A DNA stretch of 38,742 nt from the NCBI GenBank assembly GCA_964610875.1, contig CAZSWP010000035.1:1-38742 (forward strand), in the 5' to 3' direction. Positions within the stretch are counted from its first letter, which is position 1; each line of letters begins with the position of its first letter. A program made the position numbers and the translations under genes. Positions 8,725 through 18,304 of this stretch are shown here, piece by piece. The DNA comes from an uncultured archaeon. Its GTDB lineage: Archaea > Asgardarchaeota > Thorarchaeia > Thorarchaeales > Thorarchaeaceae. Under the pieces are notes generated by a model. The model did not search any database. It saw nothing but the letters and a program-made list of their open reading frames with translations, and was not told the origin of the DNA.

Positions 8725-9099
8725 ATGGTTCAATTCATGTATTACTGCTACAGATGTGGAGTAAAGAACCAAATCGAGCTTCCTGCTCCAGATGCCCCCG
8801 AGTATTATCATGCTGATGTGAAATGTAGGAAATGCAAAGATGCAACACGTGTCATTCTATCCTCATGTCCGAATCAGGATTGTAATCGTTTTGTGTACTG
8901 GATTAATGATATTTCAATACCCGATTTAGTAACAGGTTTTGCCAAGTATATGGTTCAGAATATGCAAATAATGATCGATAAAGCAGCTCAACAGGGTGCA
9001 CGGATTGGTATTGATACTCCTGACAAATATCCTATAAATGCTACATGCCCTTGCGGAACACAATTTGCAGTTGAAATCAACATACCTGATTTAGATTGA
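8725..9099 (+). CDS. Cys-rich zinc-ribbon hypothetical protein
   Basis: CYRC, CRKC, CPNQDC, CPC motifs; GGTG upstream of the ATG. Confidence 0.75.
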   Translation: MVQFMYYCYRCGVKNQIELPAPDAPEYYHADVKCRKCKDATRVILSSCPNQDCNRFVYWINDISIPDLVTGFAKYMVQNMQIMIDKAAQQGARIGIDTPDKYPINATCPCGTQFAVEINIPDLD

Positions 9100-9762
9100 T
9101 TTAATTTTATTCTCAAAGTAGTTGCACCATTTAGTGAGAGGACATATCTCACAACGAGGAGATTGCCGAATACAAATCATAGCGACCAAGTCAATCATTC
9201 CCCAGTAGAATTCCTTTATTTGATTCCTACCACCAAAAAGTCGCATAAACTCCCATGCATCGGGGTCATCCGAACCTGAGTATTGTAAATCAAGTAGCCG
9301 TGAGAGGAGATGGATGACATTTCCATCCACAAGAGGTTCAGAAGCCCCAAAAGCAAAATTTGCAGTTGCTGCAGCAATATAGGGACCAACGCCAGGCAAT
9401 TTTTCTAGCAGATTCTTATTCTTTGGTATGACTCCTTGATGTTCTTTAACTATCGAGATTGCCATCGCCATTAGACTCCTAGCTCTGGTATTCTGTAGAC
9501 CAATAGTAGAGATAGTACTGGCAATGTTCTGTTCATCGGACTTGGCCAATATCTCGATGCTATCAAATATTTTCAGAAATGGTTCGTACATCCGGTTCAC
9601 TGCAGTTGCTGTAGTTCTTCTAAGTAACAATTCAGCTATCAATATAGAATATGGGTCTGATTTCTCACGCCAAGGGAAGTATCTTCCACTTTTCTGATAC
9701 CATTTGATAAGAGAGATTCTAATCTTCTTGAGGCGGGCTTTCATGTGTTTTGAGTTATTCAA
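9091..9762 (-). CDS. HhH-GPD DNA glycosylase, MutY/Mig (T:G mismatch) type with FeS cluster
   Basis: FPWRE..DPY.ILIAELLLRRTTA (Mig-like), LPGVGPY, VDGNV, C-x6-C-x2-C-x5-C. Confidence 0.85.
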   Translation of the reverse strand: MNNSKHMKARLKKIRISLIKWYQKSGRYFPWREKSDPYSILIAELLLRRTTATAVNRMYEPFLKIFDSIEILAKSDEQNIASTISTIGLQNTRARSLMAMAISIVKEHQGVIPKNKNLLEKLPGVGPYIAAATANFAFGASEPLVDGNVIHLLSRLLDLQYSGSDDPDAWEFMRLFGGRNQIKEFYWGMIDLVAMICIRQSPRCEICPLTKWCNYFENKIKSI

Positions 9763-10328
9763 CTAGATACCTCAGATTCCTTCTCATTAATCAATCCTGA
9801 TACAATATCGTAGAGATTTTCTGGACTGGGAATGACTTGAACTCTAGGCATCTTTCTGATATGTTCGACATTATCCACGTCAATTTGACGTGGCTGCAAA
9901 TCCATTCTATCTCCAGCCGGTGTGATAGTGGTAAGTGGAATCGTTCTTTGGTCCACAGGATAGACGACCACAGGCGTTTTTCCTTTCAGTGTTTGCGCAA
10001 CGGCATTTGTAACAAGCGAGTCGGCAATACCGTGAGATATTTTGGCAGCTGAATTTGCTGTGAGTGGCGCTACAATCAGTAAATCGTACTTGCCAGCCTG
10101 TAATGGTCCTGCAATAAAGGGTTCATTGGCACTCTTTTCAGTCTGAACCTGCTTGAACTCTTTATGCAACTGGTCCCACAACTTATACCATCTAAGTACC
10201 TGTTCCGCAGCTTTTGAAGTCACTACTCGAATTTTCACGTCGAGTGTTTTTCGAATCCTTTGCATGGTGTCAAAGATTTCATTAATCTTATCACCAGACC
10301 CAGTCAAAGCCCACAATATTCGCTTCAA
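9759..10328 (-). CDS. afpA: Archaeoflavoprotein AfpA (HFCD flavoprotein)
   Basis: RILWALTGSGD, VLRWYKL, PFIAGPLQAGKYD, TANSAAKISHGIADSLVTNA, PVD. Confidence 0.85.
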   Translation of the reverse strand: MKRILWALTGSGDKINEIFDTMQRIRKTLDVKIRVVTSKAAEQVLRWYKLWDQLHKEFKQVQTEKSANEPFIAGPLQAGKYDLLIVAPLTANSAAKISHGIADSLVTNAVAQTLKGKTPVVVYPVDQRTIPLTTITPAGDRMDLQPRQIDVDNVEHIRKMPRVQVIPSPENLYDIVSGLINEKESEVSS

Positions 10329-10404
10329 TTTTAATCATTCTACTCTTCACATTGTTACTGAAATATCTAGCTTCTAGTATGATGTAAGGATTCAATAGAC
10401 TCCA

Positions 10405-11433
10405 GTGAATTACTCATATGAGAAGGTGGAATTTCATTTGTATCGAGTAAGTGTAGGAGTCACCACAAATATGAAACCAAGTGCAACTACCTGGCTCGGA
10501 GAAAATATCGAGTCAATGGTGTTTGACGGTATATGGATTGGCGAAGACATTGGACTTGGTCAAGATGTATTTGTTCTTGCTTCCACGCTGCTACTTGAAA
10601 CAGATATGATCCGTATCGGGACTGGAATCACTCCCTTTACAATACATAACTTAGCAAGACTTGCACGAGCTGGACTGTCCCTTCATGAACTCGGAAAAGA
10701 GAGATTTGTCTTTGGTACAGGAGTCGGAGGACTTCAAGATCTCAAAAGACTTGGAATTGAACTTGAAAAACCAGTAACAGGATTACGTCAGGCAGTTAGC
10801 ACTCTGAAAAATTTGTGGGCAGGAGAAACAGTAACCATCTGTGGAGAGGTATTCAAATTGAGTAATTATAGTCTCGAGCTGAAAAAACCAATTCGTATCC
10901 CCATTTTCCTCGGAGTACGAGGTCCTCAGATGCTAAAACTCGCAGGAGAGATTGCTGATGGTATCATTCTCTCCGGACCAATGGAATATATCAAATATGC
11001 AGTGAACATTCTAAATGAGTCAGCAAGAGAACATGGAAGAAATACAAAAGATATTGAGAAGGTAGTCTGGCTACCAACAATCCCTACTTTCAGTGGTGTC
11101 AAAGAAACTCTTGCACGGAGAATTGTAGCTCTAATTATTGCAGATACACCTCAGAAAATAGTTGACTTGTTAGCTGTAGATGGAGAGAGAATTAATCACA
11201 TTAGAAGAAAAGTGAGGGATTCAGGAGCAAAGAGTGCAATTGATCTTGTGGATGAAAACCTATTGGACATGTTTGCTATTACAGGTGACAGTGTGCATAT
11301 GGTGGATATGTTTGAGAAATTGATAGAATTGGGGACTACTGAAGTTGTTCTTGGTCCACCGTTCTCTGGAAACTGGAGGGAAGCCATGCACGAGATATCA
11401 AATGAAATTGCCAGTAGGAGAAGTTCGTCTTGA
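10405..11433 (+). CDS. Luciferase-like (LLM) F420-dependent oxidoreductase, Mer-like
   Basis: FDGIWIGED, IRIGTGI, IPIFLGVRGPQMLKLAGEIADGII, VVLGPP. The exact start is uncertain. Confidence 0.85.
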   Translation: MNYSYEKVEFHLYRVSVGVTTNMKPSATTWLGENIESMVFDGIWIGEDIGLGQDVFVLASTLLLETDMIRIGTGITPFTIHNLARLARAGLSLHELGKERFVFGTGVGGLQDLKRLGIELEKPVTGLRQAVSTLKNLWAGETVTICGEVFKLSNYSLELKKPIRIPIFLGVRGPQMLKLAGEIADGIILSGPMEYIKYAVNILNESAREHGRNTKDIEKVVWLPTIPTFSGVKETLARRIVALIIADTPQKIVDLLAVDGERINHIRRKVRDSGAKSAIDLVDENLLDMFAITGDSVHMVDMFEKLIELGTTEVVLGPPFSGNWREAMHEISNEIASRRSSS

Positions 11434-12329
11434 GATATGGATTAGCACTTTCTGCGTCAACAAATCTTGCAAAAACAATAGATATTGCCAGAAAAACCTT
11501 GGAAAGTAGGATTGAAACCCTATGGGTATTGGACTTCCCATCTACAAGAGATGCTTTTGTTGTTGCATCTACATTGGCATATCACTTTGAGAAACGGATT
11601 GGTATAGGTCTTTTGAGTCCATTTATTATTCGACCAACTCAAATTGTCCAAGGAATCAAGTCTCTTGTTTCTTGTTTTGGTGATAGGTTTGAGTTATTAC
11701 TAGGTGTAGGGGACATCAATAGACTAATGGATGTCGGAATAGATATAGAGCAAAAACACATTTTTAGAAGATTTCGAGGATTACTAGAAGATACACAAAA
11801 ACAGCTCAAGGATAATGACATTTACTGTCCATTGATTTTGGGAGCCCAAGGTCCAAACATGATTCGATTGAGTGCATCCACAGATGGTGTGCTCTTGAAC
11901 TATGCAGACCCCGACATGATTGAGTGGGCAATAGAACAGATAGACAAGAGAGATAACCAAAATATTGGAGTTTTTCCGGCATCACAGTTAGACTTACAAG
12001 ACACCGGTATGCTTCCAACAGACCTTAGGTATGCGGCTGCTATTATTGGAATAGGAGCCACTGAGAGAGTTCTTGAGAGATTCGGAATTGTAAATGAATT
12101 GAAGACAGCGAGAGATCTTTTCAGGAAAGAGGGTCTTTCACGATCAGTACTGGATATGATTGACGAGAAGATCCTTCAACGTTTTTGCTTGTTAATTGAT
12201 TACAATAATCTAGATGACTATGTAAATACCCTAAAGGACAAAGGAGTGTCGCAAATCGTTTTTGGCCCACCTGTTTCAACAAGTGGTAAGACCACTGAGA
12301 GATTGTCGAATTTGATTGGTAAACTTTAG
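11430..12329 (+). CDS. Divergent LLM-class oxidoreductase, Mer-like paralog
   Basis: LGAQGPNMIRLS..DGVLLN, QIVFGPP; 4-bp overlap with the upstream gene. Confidence 0.8.
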   Translation: MRYGLALSASTNLAKTIDIARKTLESRIETLWVLDFPSTRDAFVVASTLAYHFEKRIGIGLLSPFIIRPTQIVQGIKSLVSCFGDRFELLLGVGDINRLMDVGIDIEQKHIFRRFRGLLEDTQKQLKDNDIYCPLILGAQGPNMIRLSASTDGVLLNYADPDMIEWAIEQIDKRDNQNIGVFPASQLDLQDTGMLPTDLRYAAAIIGIGATERVLERFGIVNELKTARDLFRKEGLSRSVLDMIDEKILQRFCLLIDYNNLDDYVNTLKDKGVSQIVFGPPVSTSGKTTERLSNLIGKL

Positions 12330-12331
12330 GA

Positions 12332-13810
12332 TCAATAGAGGTCTGCAAGGTAGTTAGATAAAGAGAAAGATTCAGGTGATGCAATCCATCCTTGTTTGCT
12401 AAAATGCAAATTCTTTGTCAAATCCAAAATAGAACGAGATCCCTTCATGCCTATGGTCATAATCGGATTCACTCTATCAACGCCTTTATGTTTTTCAAGA
12501 GATCTGAAGTTTTGATAGTAATCCACTTGGTGTTTACTTGGAACTCGTAACCACACGATTATCCCATTAGAAGTGACATTGAAGACTGTAACAGGCATGA
12601 GTGGGAGCAGAGAGAGTATCCTGTTTTTCCATGGGTCATTACATATGATTTCAAAACAAAAGCTTGCAGATAGTCCAACTCCCCCAAAGGAAACATATGG
12701 ATAGTAAGCATCTAGAGATTGAAGCTTTCTCATAGATGCTGCAACTTTACGAGATTCCATATCATAATCAAGAACTCTCAGATTTTTGCTTATTGAAGTA
12801 GGAGTAGCTCGACAGTCAATTTTGATTTGTGATGCAACAATGAAATCAATTTCTGATAGAGTTCTCTTTCGTCCTTGGGCGACAAGAACTTTTGGTCGGG
12901 GTTCAATTGTTGGCTGTTCCCCCGAAAATGTGGAATTCAGAAGCTCGTGAAGACGCCATTCTTTACCATTGAATAACGATAGATTTGCCGTTCTCCCTTC
13001 ACCAATTTGATAATGAACGTTGGAGTATTCAAAAACAGTCCTTGATAATTGATCAATGCTATCAGTTAGTGTTTTCAAACAGGCATCATTTGATGGAACA
13101 GTTATGGAAATATATCCAAGATCAGCTGTATTCGTCTTTAACATGGTCTTTGTGTATGGGTAGGAATAGAGTGCGTTCTCAACTACTGGCCAGTCAATAT
13201 CTTGTCGAGGAATAAAAAAGAGGAGCACTGTTCTCAGATTCCATAGAGAATGATCAAGAGAAGCAATAAATCGAAGAGAGTTCCTTTGTTTTATCCTGTC
13301 CAAGGTTCGAGAAACAGTTCTGGGAGCGATGTCTATATCTTCTGCGGCTTGGGAGAAGGTTTCAAGTGGATTCCGAACAAAATATTCTAGGACACGAAAA
13401 TCGAGCTCTGTCATCTCTGTAGTTTGGTCTAAGACTGCAAAATTAAATGCTGAACGTATAGAATCTACCGTCAAAAGATTATATTTTGAGAGTGTTTTAA
13501 GATTCTCAACCATTCGGTCACGGTACAACTCTGTTAAGGGTATATGTATGGGATTAGATGGAGATTTAGTATATTCTGGACTTTTTTTAAGTTCCTCAGA
13601 AGCAAGTTGAGCATCTTCAATGCTGATAGTACCACTCACCAAGGCGATGTATATCTTCATGGTATCAAGATAGAATTGTGCAGCAGGATTTTCAACGATA
13701 GGGAAGACACTATCATAAGGTGTCTTTATAGTGGAAATAATTGAATCGTGTGTTTTAGAACTCACTTTTATTTCCTCATCCTCTACACGTACCTCTTTCA
13801 ACTTTTTCAT
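12332..13810 (-). CDS. Large winged-helix / Lrp-AsnC-like transcription regulator with an extra N-terminal domain
   Basis: LDFRVLEYFVRNPLETFSQAAEDIDIAPRTVSRTLDRI HTH; a second HTH-like segment from LSEIDFIVASQIKIDCR; RAM-like alpha/beta segments. Confidence 0.7.
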   Translation of the reverse strand: MKKLKEVRVEDEEIKVSSKTHDSIISTIKTPYDSVFPIVENPAAQFYLDTMKIYIALVSGTISIEDAQLASEELKKSPEYTKSPSNPIHIPLTELYRDRMVENLKTLSKYNLLTVDSIRSAFNFAVLDQTTEMTELDFRVLEYFVRNPLETFSQAAEDIDIAPRTVSRTLDRIKQRNSLRFIASLDHSLWNLRTVLLFFIPRQDIDWPVVENALYSYPYTKTMLKTNTADLGYISITVPSNDACLKTLTDSIDQLSRTVFEYSNVHYQIGEGRTANLSLFNGKEWRLHELLNSTFSGEQPTIEPRPKVLVAQGRKRTLSEIDFIVASQIKIDCRATPTSISKNLRVLDYDMESRKVAASMRKLQSLDAYYPYVSFGGVGLSASFCFEIICNDPWKNRILSLLPLMPVTVFNVTSNGIIVWLRVPSKHQVDYYQNFRSLEKHKGVDRVNPIMTIGMKGSRSILDLTKNLHFSKQGWIASPESFSLSNYLADLY

Positions 13811-14904
13811 TACTTGGACCAGCTTCGTGTATGAGCAGGCGCGAGCAGATGTGGTACAAGGCGCTCAAGTAGATTGACCTCTTGATATTTCTTTGCTATA
13901 AACGTACACATCCTCGTTTCAGATTCCATTATCTGATTGAATATTTCTGTTAATGTTAGCCAATCGGATGCATTTGGTATATCTATGAACATCACAGTCA
14001 GATTATTTCCAACCAATATGCGGGCTCTAGGAAGAATTGATGATTGAGCTCTTAAGATGCGTGAGATATTCGAATCAGATGCATCCTCGATACACACAAT
14101 CACTCTCTCTTCTAGACCAATTCCTTCAACATGCAGATATGGATTTGTTACCCATTTTCTAAGTTCTGCTAATCGTCTTCGGATTGTTCTTTTCGAAGGT
14201 GGCTTAAATCCGATTTGTTTCAATTCATCATATATTTCTGTGGCAGATACATGATAATTTTCTCGCAATGCTAAGGCAATCACCTGAGTTAAATCATTAC
14301 TCAGATCCTGAGGTGGGTCATCTGAGTGCTCAATCTTTGGCAATACCTCAGCATAGTTTTTAACAGCGTAGATTGATGCTCCGAATCTGAAATCGCTTTT
14401 GAAGTCCCATTTATTTCCATCAAACAGTCCCAGATTGAAATTTTCTGATATATCGTTACTGAAATCAACAAAGACTTCAAGGTTATACGGACGCTTTCCG
14501 AATCGGTTTATTTGTTCAAGAATATGGATCAATTTTCCACCAGGGGGTACAATTGATTCAAAATATACAATCTGGTTCATGCTTGATGAGATTGATGATT
14601 GTAGGAAACAAGAGATGTATGGGTTTGACTCTAACCAGTTCTTTGTTTTTTCCAAAGCAGCATCATTTTCTGCTCCTTCGAACCAGCCAAATAAGAGACG
14701 AAGTCCGAGTGATTCATAATCGAGATTACTCCGAATCTGTAAGGAGTGATTTTTTTCCAGACGCTGCCACATTTGTGTGACTGCAGACCTCGTTATAGAA
14801 AGATCTCTCGCCAGCCCCGCTTTACTAATATTTGGAGAGATAGCTAAACGATTAAGGACCTTTATTTCACTAGTCCCTAATTTCACTACAATACACATCC
14901 GCAT
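13810..14904 (-). CDS. Winged-helix / Lrp-AsnC-like double-HTH regulator
   Basis: EIKVLNRLAISPNISKAGLARDLSITRSAVTQMWQRL; second HTH PSKRTIRRRL; TAATG coupling to the downstream gene. Confidence 0.72.
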   Translation of the reverse strand: MRMCIVVKLGTSEIKVLNRLAISPNISKAGLARDLSITRSAVTQMWQRLEKNHSLQIRSNLDYESLGLRLLFGWFEGAENDAALEKTKNWLESNPYISCFLQSSISSSMNQIVYFESIVPPGGKLIHILEQINRFGKRPYNLEVFVDFSNDISENFNLGLFDGNKWDFKSDFRFGASIYAVKNYAEVLPKIEHSDDPPQDLSNDLTQVIALALRENYHVSATEIYDELKQIGFKPPSKRTIRRRLAELRKWVTNPYLHVEGIGLEERVIVCIEDASDSNISRILRAQSSILPRARILVGNNLTVMFIDIPNASDWLTLTEIFNQIMESETRMCTFIAKKYQEVNLLERLVPHLLAPAHTRSWSK

Positions 14905-15226
14905 TACTAGACCGTAATATATACAGATAAGGGTTTGTCCAAATGTTTAGTTTTATGTCCCTAATTATGTCAAAAAAAAATAGAACCAAGCATATTTCAA
15001 ATGTTATTCTTCTAGAAATGCTCTATTTGCTCTCTTGGTGGTAATTATTGGTACTTTATTCATCCTCCACTCTTTATTATATGGATATGAATTACTTCTA
15101 GTGAAAATACCCGCGAGTTTCGTTCACTGGATGTATATCTGGTTGATGCAACTTCCGGTGGAACAGATGTTAAGCCATTAATGATAGTCTGTTTCTTGCG
15201 CCATCACTTACCGACTTGACATTGCT

Positions 15227-15379
15227 TTGGAGGTGTCTAGGATTAACGCGGACAAAAAACGAGCAATCTATGAATGTATGACTGATGATCGAACAGCCTT
15301 GGAGCTTCTTTCCTTAGGATTAGTTGCTGCCATTGCCACAATTGTTCAACCTCCCTGTGAGGACCCCAGTCCATTCTGA
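15227..15379 (+). CDS. Putative small peptide (~45-50 aa), below the ORF-track cutoff
   Basis: Open frame (MEVSR)INADKKRAIYECMTDDRTALELLSLGLVAAIATIVQPPCEDPSPF. GGAGGTG at 15229-15235 could be the SD for a slightly later start. Confidence 0.35.
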   Translation: MEVSRINADKKRAIYECMTDDRTALELLSLGLVAAIATIVQPPCEDPSPF

Positions 15380-15672
15380 ACAGTGCATATGAGAAGATTG
15401 GCTTCATCCCAATTTGATTACATGGGTGGAAGTTCTTCATATTTGTAATCTAAAGATATGGAGGAGAGAAGGATTACGCGTATGGTGCAAGCCATACATA
15501 ATGGAGAGTCATCCTAAATTAATGGGATATCCAAGAATGTTGGGTCTAAGCCAAATGAAACATAAACGAACAACAAAGGAGCGAGAGAGAAAATGGATCC
15601 CTGGCATGAAGAAGACGAACCATACTAAGATGAAAAACGCGGTTTTACCGCAAAAAATGGAGATAAGAAAGA

Positions 15673-15918
15673 ATGATACGTAGCGGAATAGAAACATCAT
15701 ATTCGAATATCATCACTTCTGACGAAGGCCGTGAGGTAGATGCTATGCTAGATACAGTGCGACTTGTCGCTATCAATCTAGAACTAGCTGTGAGAAACCT
15801 AATGACCTCGGAAACCCCGCCGGAGTGTTTGATGTTAACAGCAGACATCTGCACACATAGACTAGTAGCTATGCCAACCGCTGATGGCAAAGTGAGCGTG
15901 CTAGTCTATGATATATGA
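15673..15918 (+). CDS. Small hypothetical protein (81 aa)
   Basis: ATG preceded by purine-rich GGAGA; globular-looking composition; followed by hairpins. Confidence 0.5.
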   Translation: MIRSGIETSYSNIITSDEGREVDAMLDTVRLVAINLELAVRNLMTSETPPECLMLTADICTHRLVAMPTADGKVSVLVYDI

Positions 15919-16090
15919 CAGAGTCGTCTGTGTGGAATCAGGAACAATCCTCTGGGGGACACATTGTTCTCCTGAGGAATGTTTCCTTGAAATCGATATG
16001 AGTCTAAATACGCCTGTCTAGATAGTCATCTGTAAGAGAAACATATGATACATGGGCCAATTGAACCAGCGCCCATGAAAAATTTCAGAG

Positions 16091-17548
16091 ATGGCGTATA
16101 AATTGTCAAGATTAATTCAAGATTCAAAGAAACACGAATGTGAAAGTGATTCACATTTCCCCGTGAGTGAAAAATCAATGACCGATGAAGAACCTAACGA
16201 TTCAGTCATTGAAAATGAACCTTCTTATAGCATTAGAGAGTCTCTGAGTAAGCTCTTTGCTTCAAGGAACTTCACTATTTTTCTTGGTACAGCGTGGGTG
16301 ACTAATACATTCACTTACATGTCATTGTATTTTACTATCTATTTGAGAGTGATTGGATGGGACTATATCCTGATGGGTATTGTCCTATCAGTTGTATCAG
16401 CAGTGGAAGCGATATCTAGACTACTTGGGGGGTATCTGGGAGATATTACTCAAAGAAAGACAATGGCAGTAGCTGCGTTCCTAATGATAGGAACCTATTA
16501 TTTACTTATGGGAATTTTTGTGGACCCAATTATGATTACAGGAGCACTCCTTGTATATGCACTTTTTAATATTGCAAAAAGCGGATCATCAGCGTTCTTC
16601 ATGGAATCAATACCAAAAGAACATGGTGGCCTTGGGATAGGCTTGTTTAATACAGGCAAGATTTTTGGTATTATCACATTACTTGCATTCGGCATTATCA
16701 TACCCATCTTTGGATTTCCTGAAAGCTTTAGACTTGTATATCTCACTGCAGGGATTCTTGTCTTTTTTTGCTCGTTACTTCGAGCAGTGTATCTGGAGCC
16801 CTGTGAAGTGAATTCAAGAAATAAAGATGAAACAATTTGGAAAGATTTTGTAAAGGAAAACAAAAGGGCATTTCAACTACTTCTTGCATCAGCACCAGGT
16901 CTTCTGACTGTGGTAATTTTGGATTCGCTGAGTGATAACATCTACAGGTTTGCAGCATTGGTCTATACTTACGAGGTCTTAGAGATCGATATTCTCGGCA
17001 TCAATATGATTTTGATTTTTACACTCATTATTTCTGTACCACTCATGCTTAAGGTGGGGAGACTCACAGATGAAAAGGGAGTGAAACGAGGTGCATTAAT
17101 TGTATATTCCATGATGCCGATCAGCGCGCTTCTTCTTATTCTAGCTCAAAGTGTCTTGTATTGGGCACCTCAAAGTTGGTCATCTGCATTGAATGCTATA
17201 GTACCAGGACTTGGAGTGGTATTCACTCTTCCGTTCATTGCTATTGTTATAAAATATGTAAATGATGCATTATGGTGGATGGTGGTACTAATTCTGATAC
17301 GAAAGGGACTGCCCGAAGAAGATACAGCAAAAATCCTTTCGATTTTCTGGGTTGTTGTGTATGTAGCTTCTTCAATCGGTCCGTTCATTGGTGCAGTTAT
17401 TTTTGAGCTGCTTACACCAAGTCTGTTATTCTTCACCGTCATTTTACTAAATCTGGCGATTCTAGCGGCAATAGGGTTTCGAGATTTTGGTACAAATGGT
17501 GAAATACTTCAAGATCTTAAGAAAACTCAGCCAGAATCTGGAGATTGA
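16091..17548 (+). CDS. MFS transporter
   Basis: About 12 TM segments; motif A GGYLGDITQRK and GRLTDEKGVKR. The start may be ATG 16178. Confidence 0.88.
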   Translation: MAYKLSRLIQDSKKHECESDSHFPVSEKSMTDEEPNDSVIENEPSYSIRESLSKLFASRNFTIFLGTAWVTNTFTYMSLYFTIYLRVIGWDYILMGIVLSVVSAVEAISRLLGGYLGDITQRKTMAVAAFLMIGTYYLLMGIFVDPIMITGALLVYALFNIAKSGSSAFFMESIPKEHGGLGIGLFNTGKIFGIITLLAFGIIIPIFGFPESFRLVYLTAGILVFFCSLLRAVYLEPCEVNSRNKDETIWKDFVKENKRAFQLLLASAPGLLTVVILDSLSDNIYRFAALVYTYEVLEIDILGINMILIFTLIISVPLMLKVGRLTDEKGVKRGALIVYSMMPISALLLILAQSVLYWAPQSWSSALNAIVPGLGVVFTLPFIAIVIKYVNDALWWMVVLILIRKGLPEEDTAKILSIFWVVVYVASSIGPFIGAVIFELLTPSLLFFTVILLNLAILAAIGFRDFGTNGEILQDLKKTQPESGD

Positions 17549-17581
17549 GTAGTATTCAAATGTGATTGTAAATATACAACC

Positions 17582-18232
17582 ATGAGGATGAAAATGGAGG
17601 AAAAAACTGCCAAAGTCAAGAAAGTTCTGAATCTATTAAACAAAGAGTATCCTGCTGCCCCTGATACATATCTTAATTATAGTAATCCCTATGAGATGTT
17701 GATTGCTACAATACTTTCAGCTCAGACAACGGACGAGTGTGTTAATACGGTTACTCCTGCCTTGTTTGATAAGTATCCGGATGCAGAGAATCTAGCTGAT
17801 GCTGCTCAAGATGATGTTATCGAAATCATCAGACGTTGTGGAAAGTATAATGTGAAATCTGATTATATTATTCGCACTGCTAAAATGTTGGTAGAAGACC
17901 TTGAAAGTGAGATTCCCAGAACAATTAAAGATATGGTCAAATTTCCCGGGGTTAGCAGAAAGACTGCAAATGTAGTATTATCAGTAGTTTTTGGGATTAA
18001 CGAAGGAATTGTTGTAGATACGCATGTAGGAAGAGTGAGTAAACGTTTGGGTTTCACTGAAGAAAAGAATGCCAAAAAAATAGAGAAGGATCTAATGGAG
18101 ATAGTACCTGAGAATAAATGGCAGGACTATGCCAGATTATTAGGAGCTCATGGAAGACGTACCTGTGAAGCAAGATCTCCGAAATGTCCAGAGTGTATTC
18201 TGAAAGAGCTATGTCCATCCGCAGAACTCTGA
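17582..18232 (+). CDS. nth: Endonuclease III
   Basis: LIATILSAQTTD..VN, FPGVSRKTANVVL, VDTHVGRV, C-x6-C-x2-C-x5-C. Confidence 0.95.
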   Translation: MRMKMEEKTAKVKKVLNLLNKEYPAAPDTYLNYSNPYEMLIATILSAQTTDECVNTVTPALFDKYPDAENLADAAQDDVIEIIRRCGKYNVKSDYIIRTAKMLVEDLESEIPRTIKDMVKFPGVSRKTANVVLSVVFGINEGIVVDTHVGRVSKRLGFTEEKNAKKIEKDLMEIVPENKWQDYARLLGAHGRRTCEARSPKCPECILKELCPSAEL

Positions 18233-18304
18233 CACTAATGAAAGAGGATAAAAGCACCATGCAATGCTTCGCCATTAGCATCCCAGAGTATACCGGTGTG
18301 AATA

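Noticed and set aside
15111-15119. CCGCGAGTT shared with the GGR deletion junction (minus strand)
   Set aside because: Only 9 nt and does not extend; expected by chance in 39 kb.
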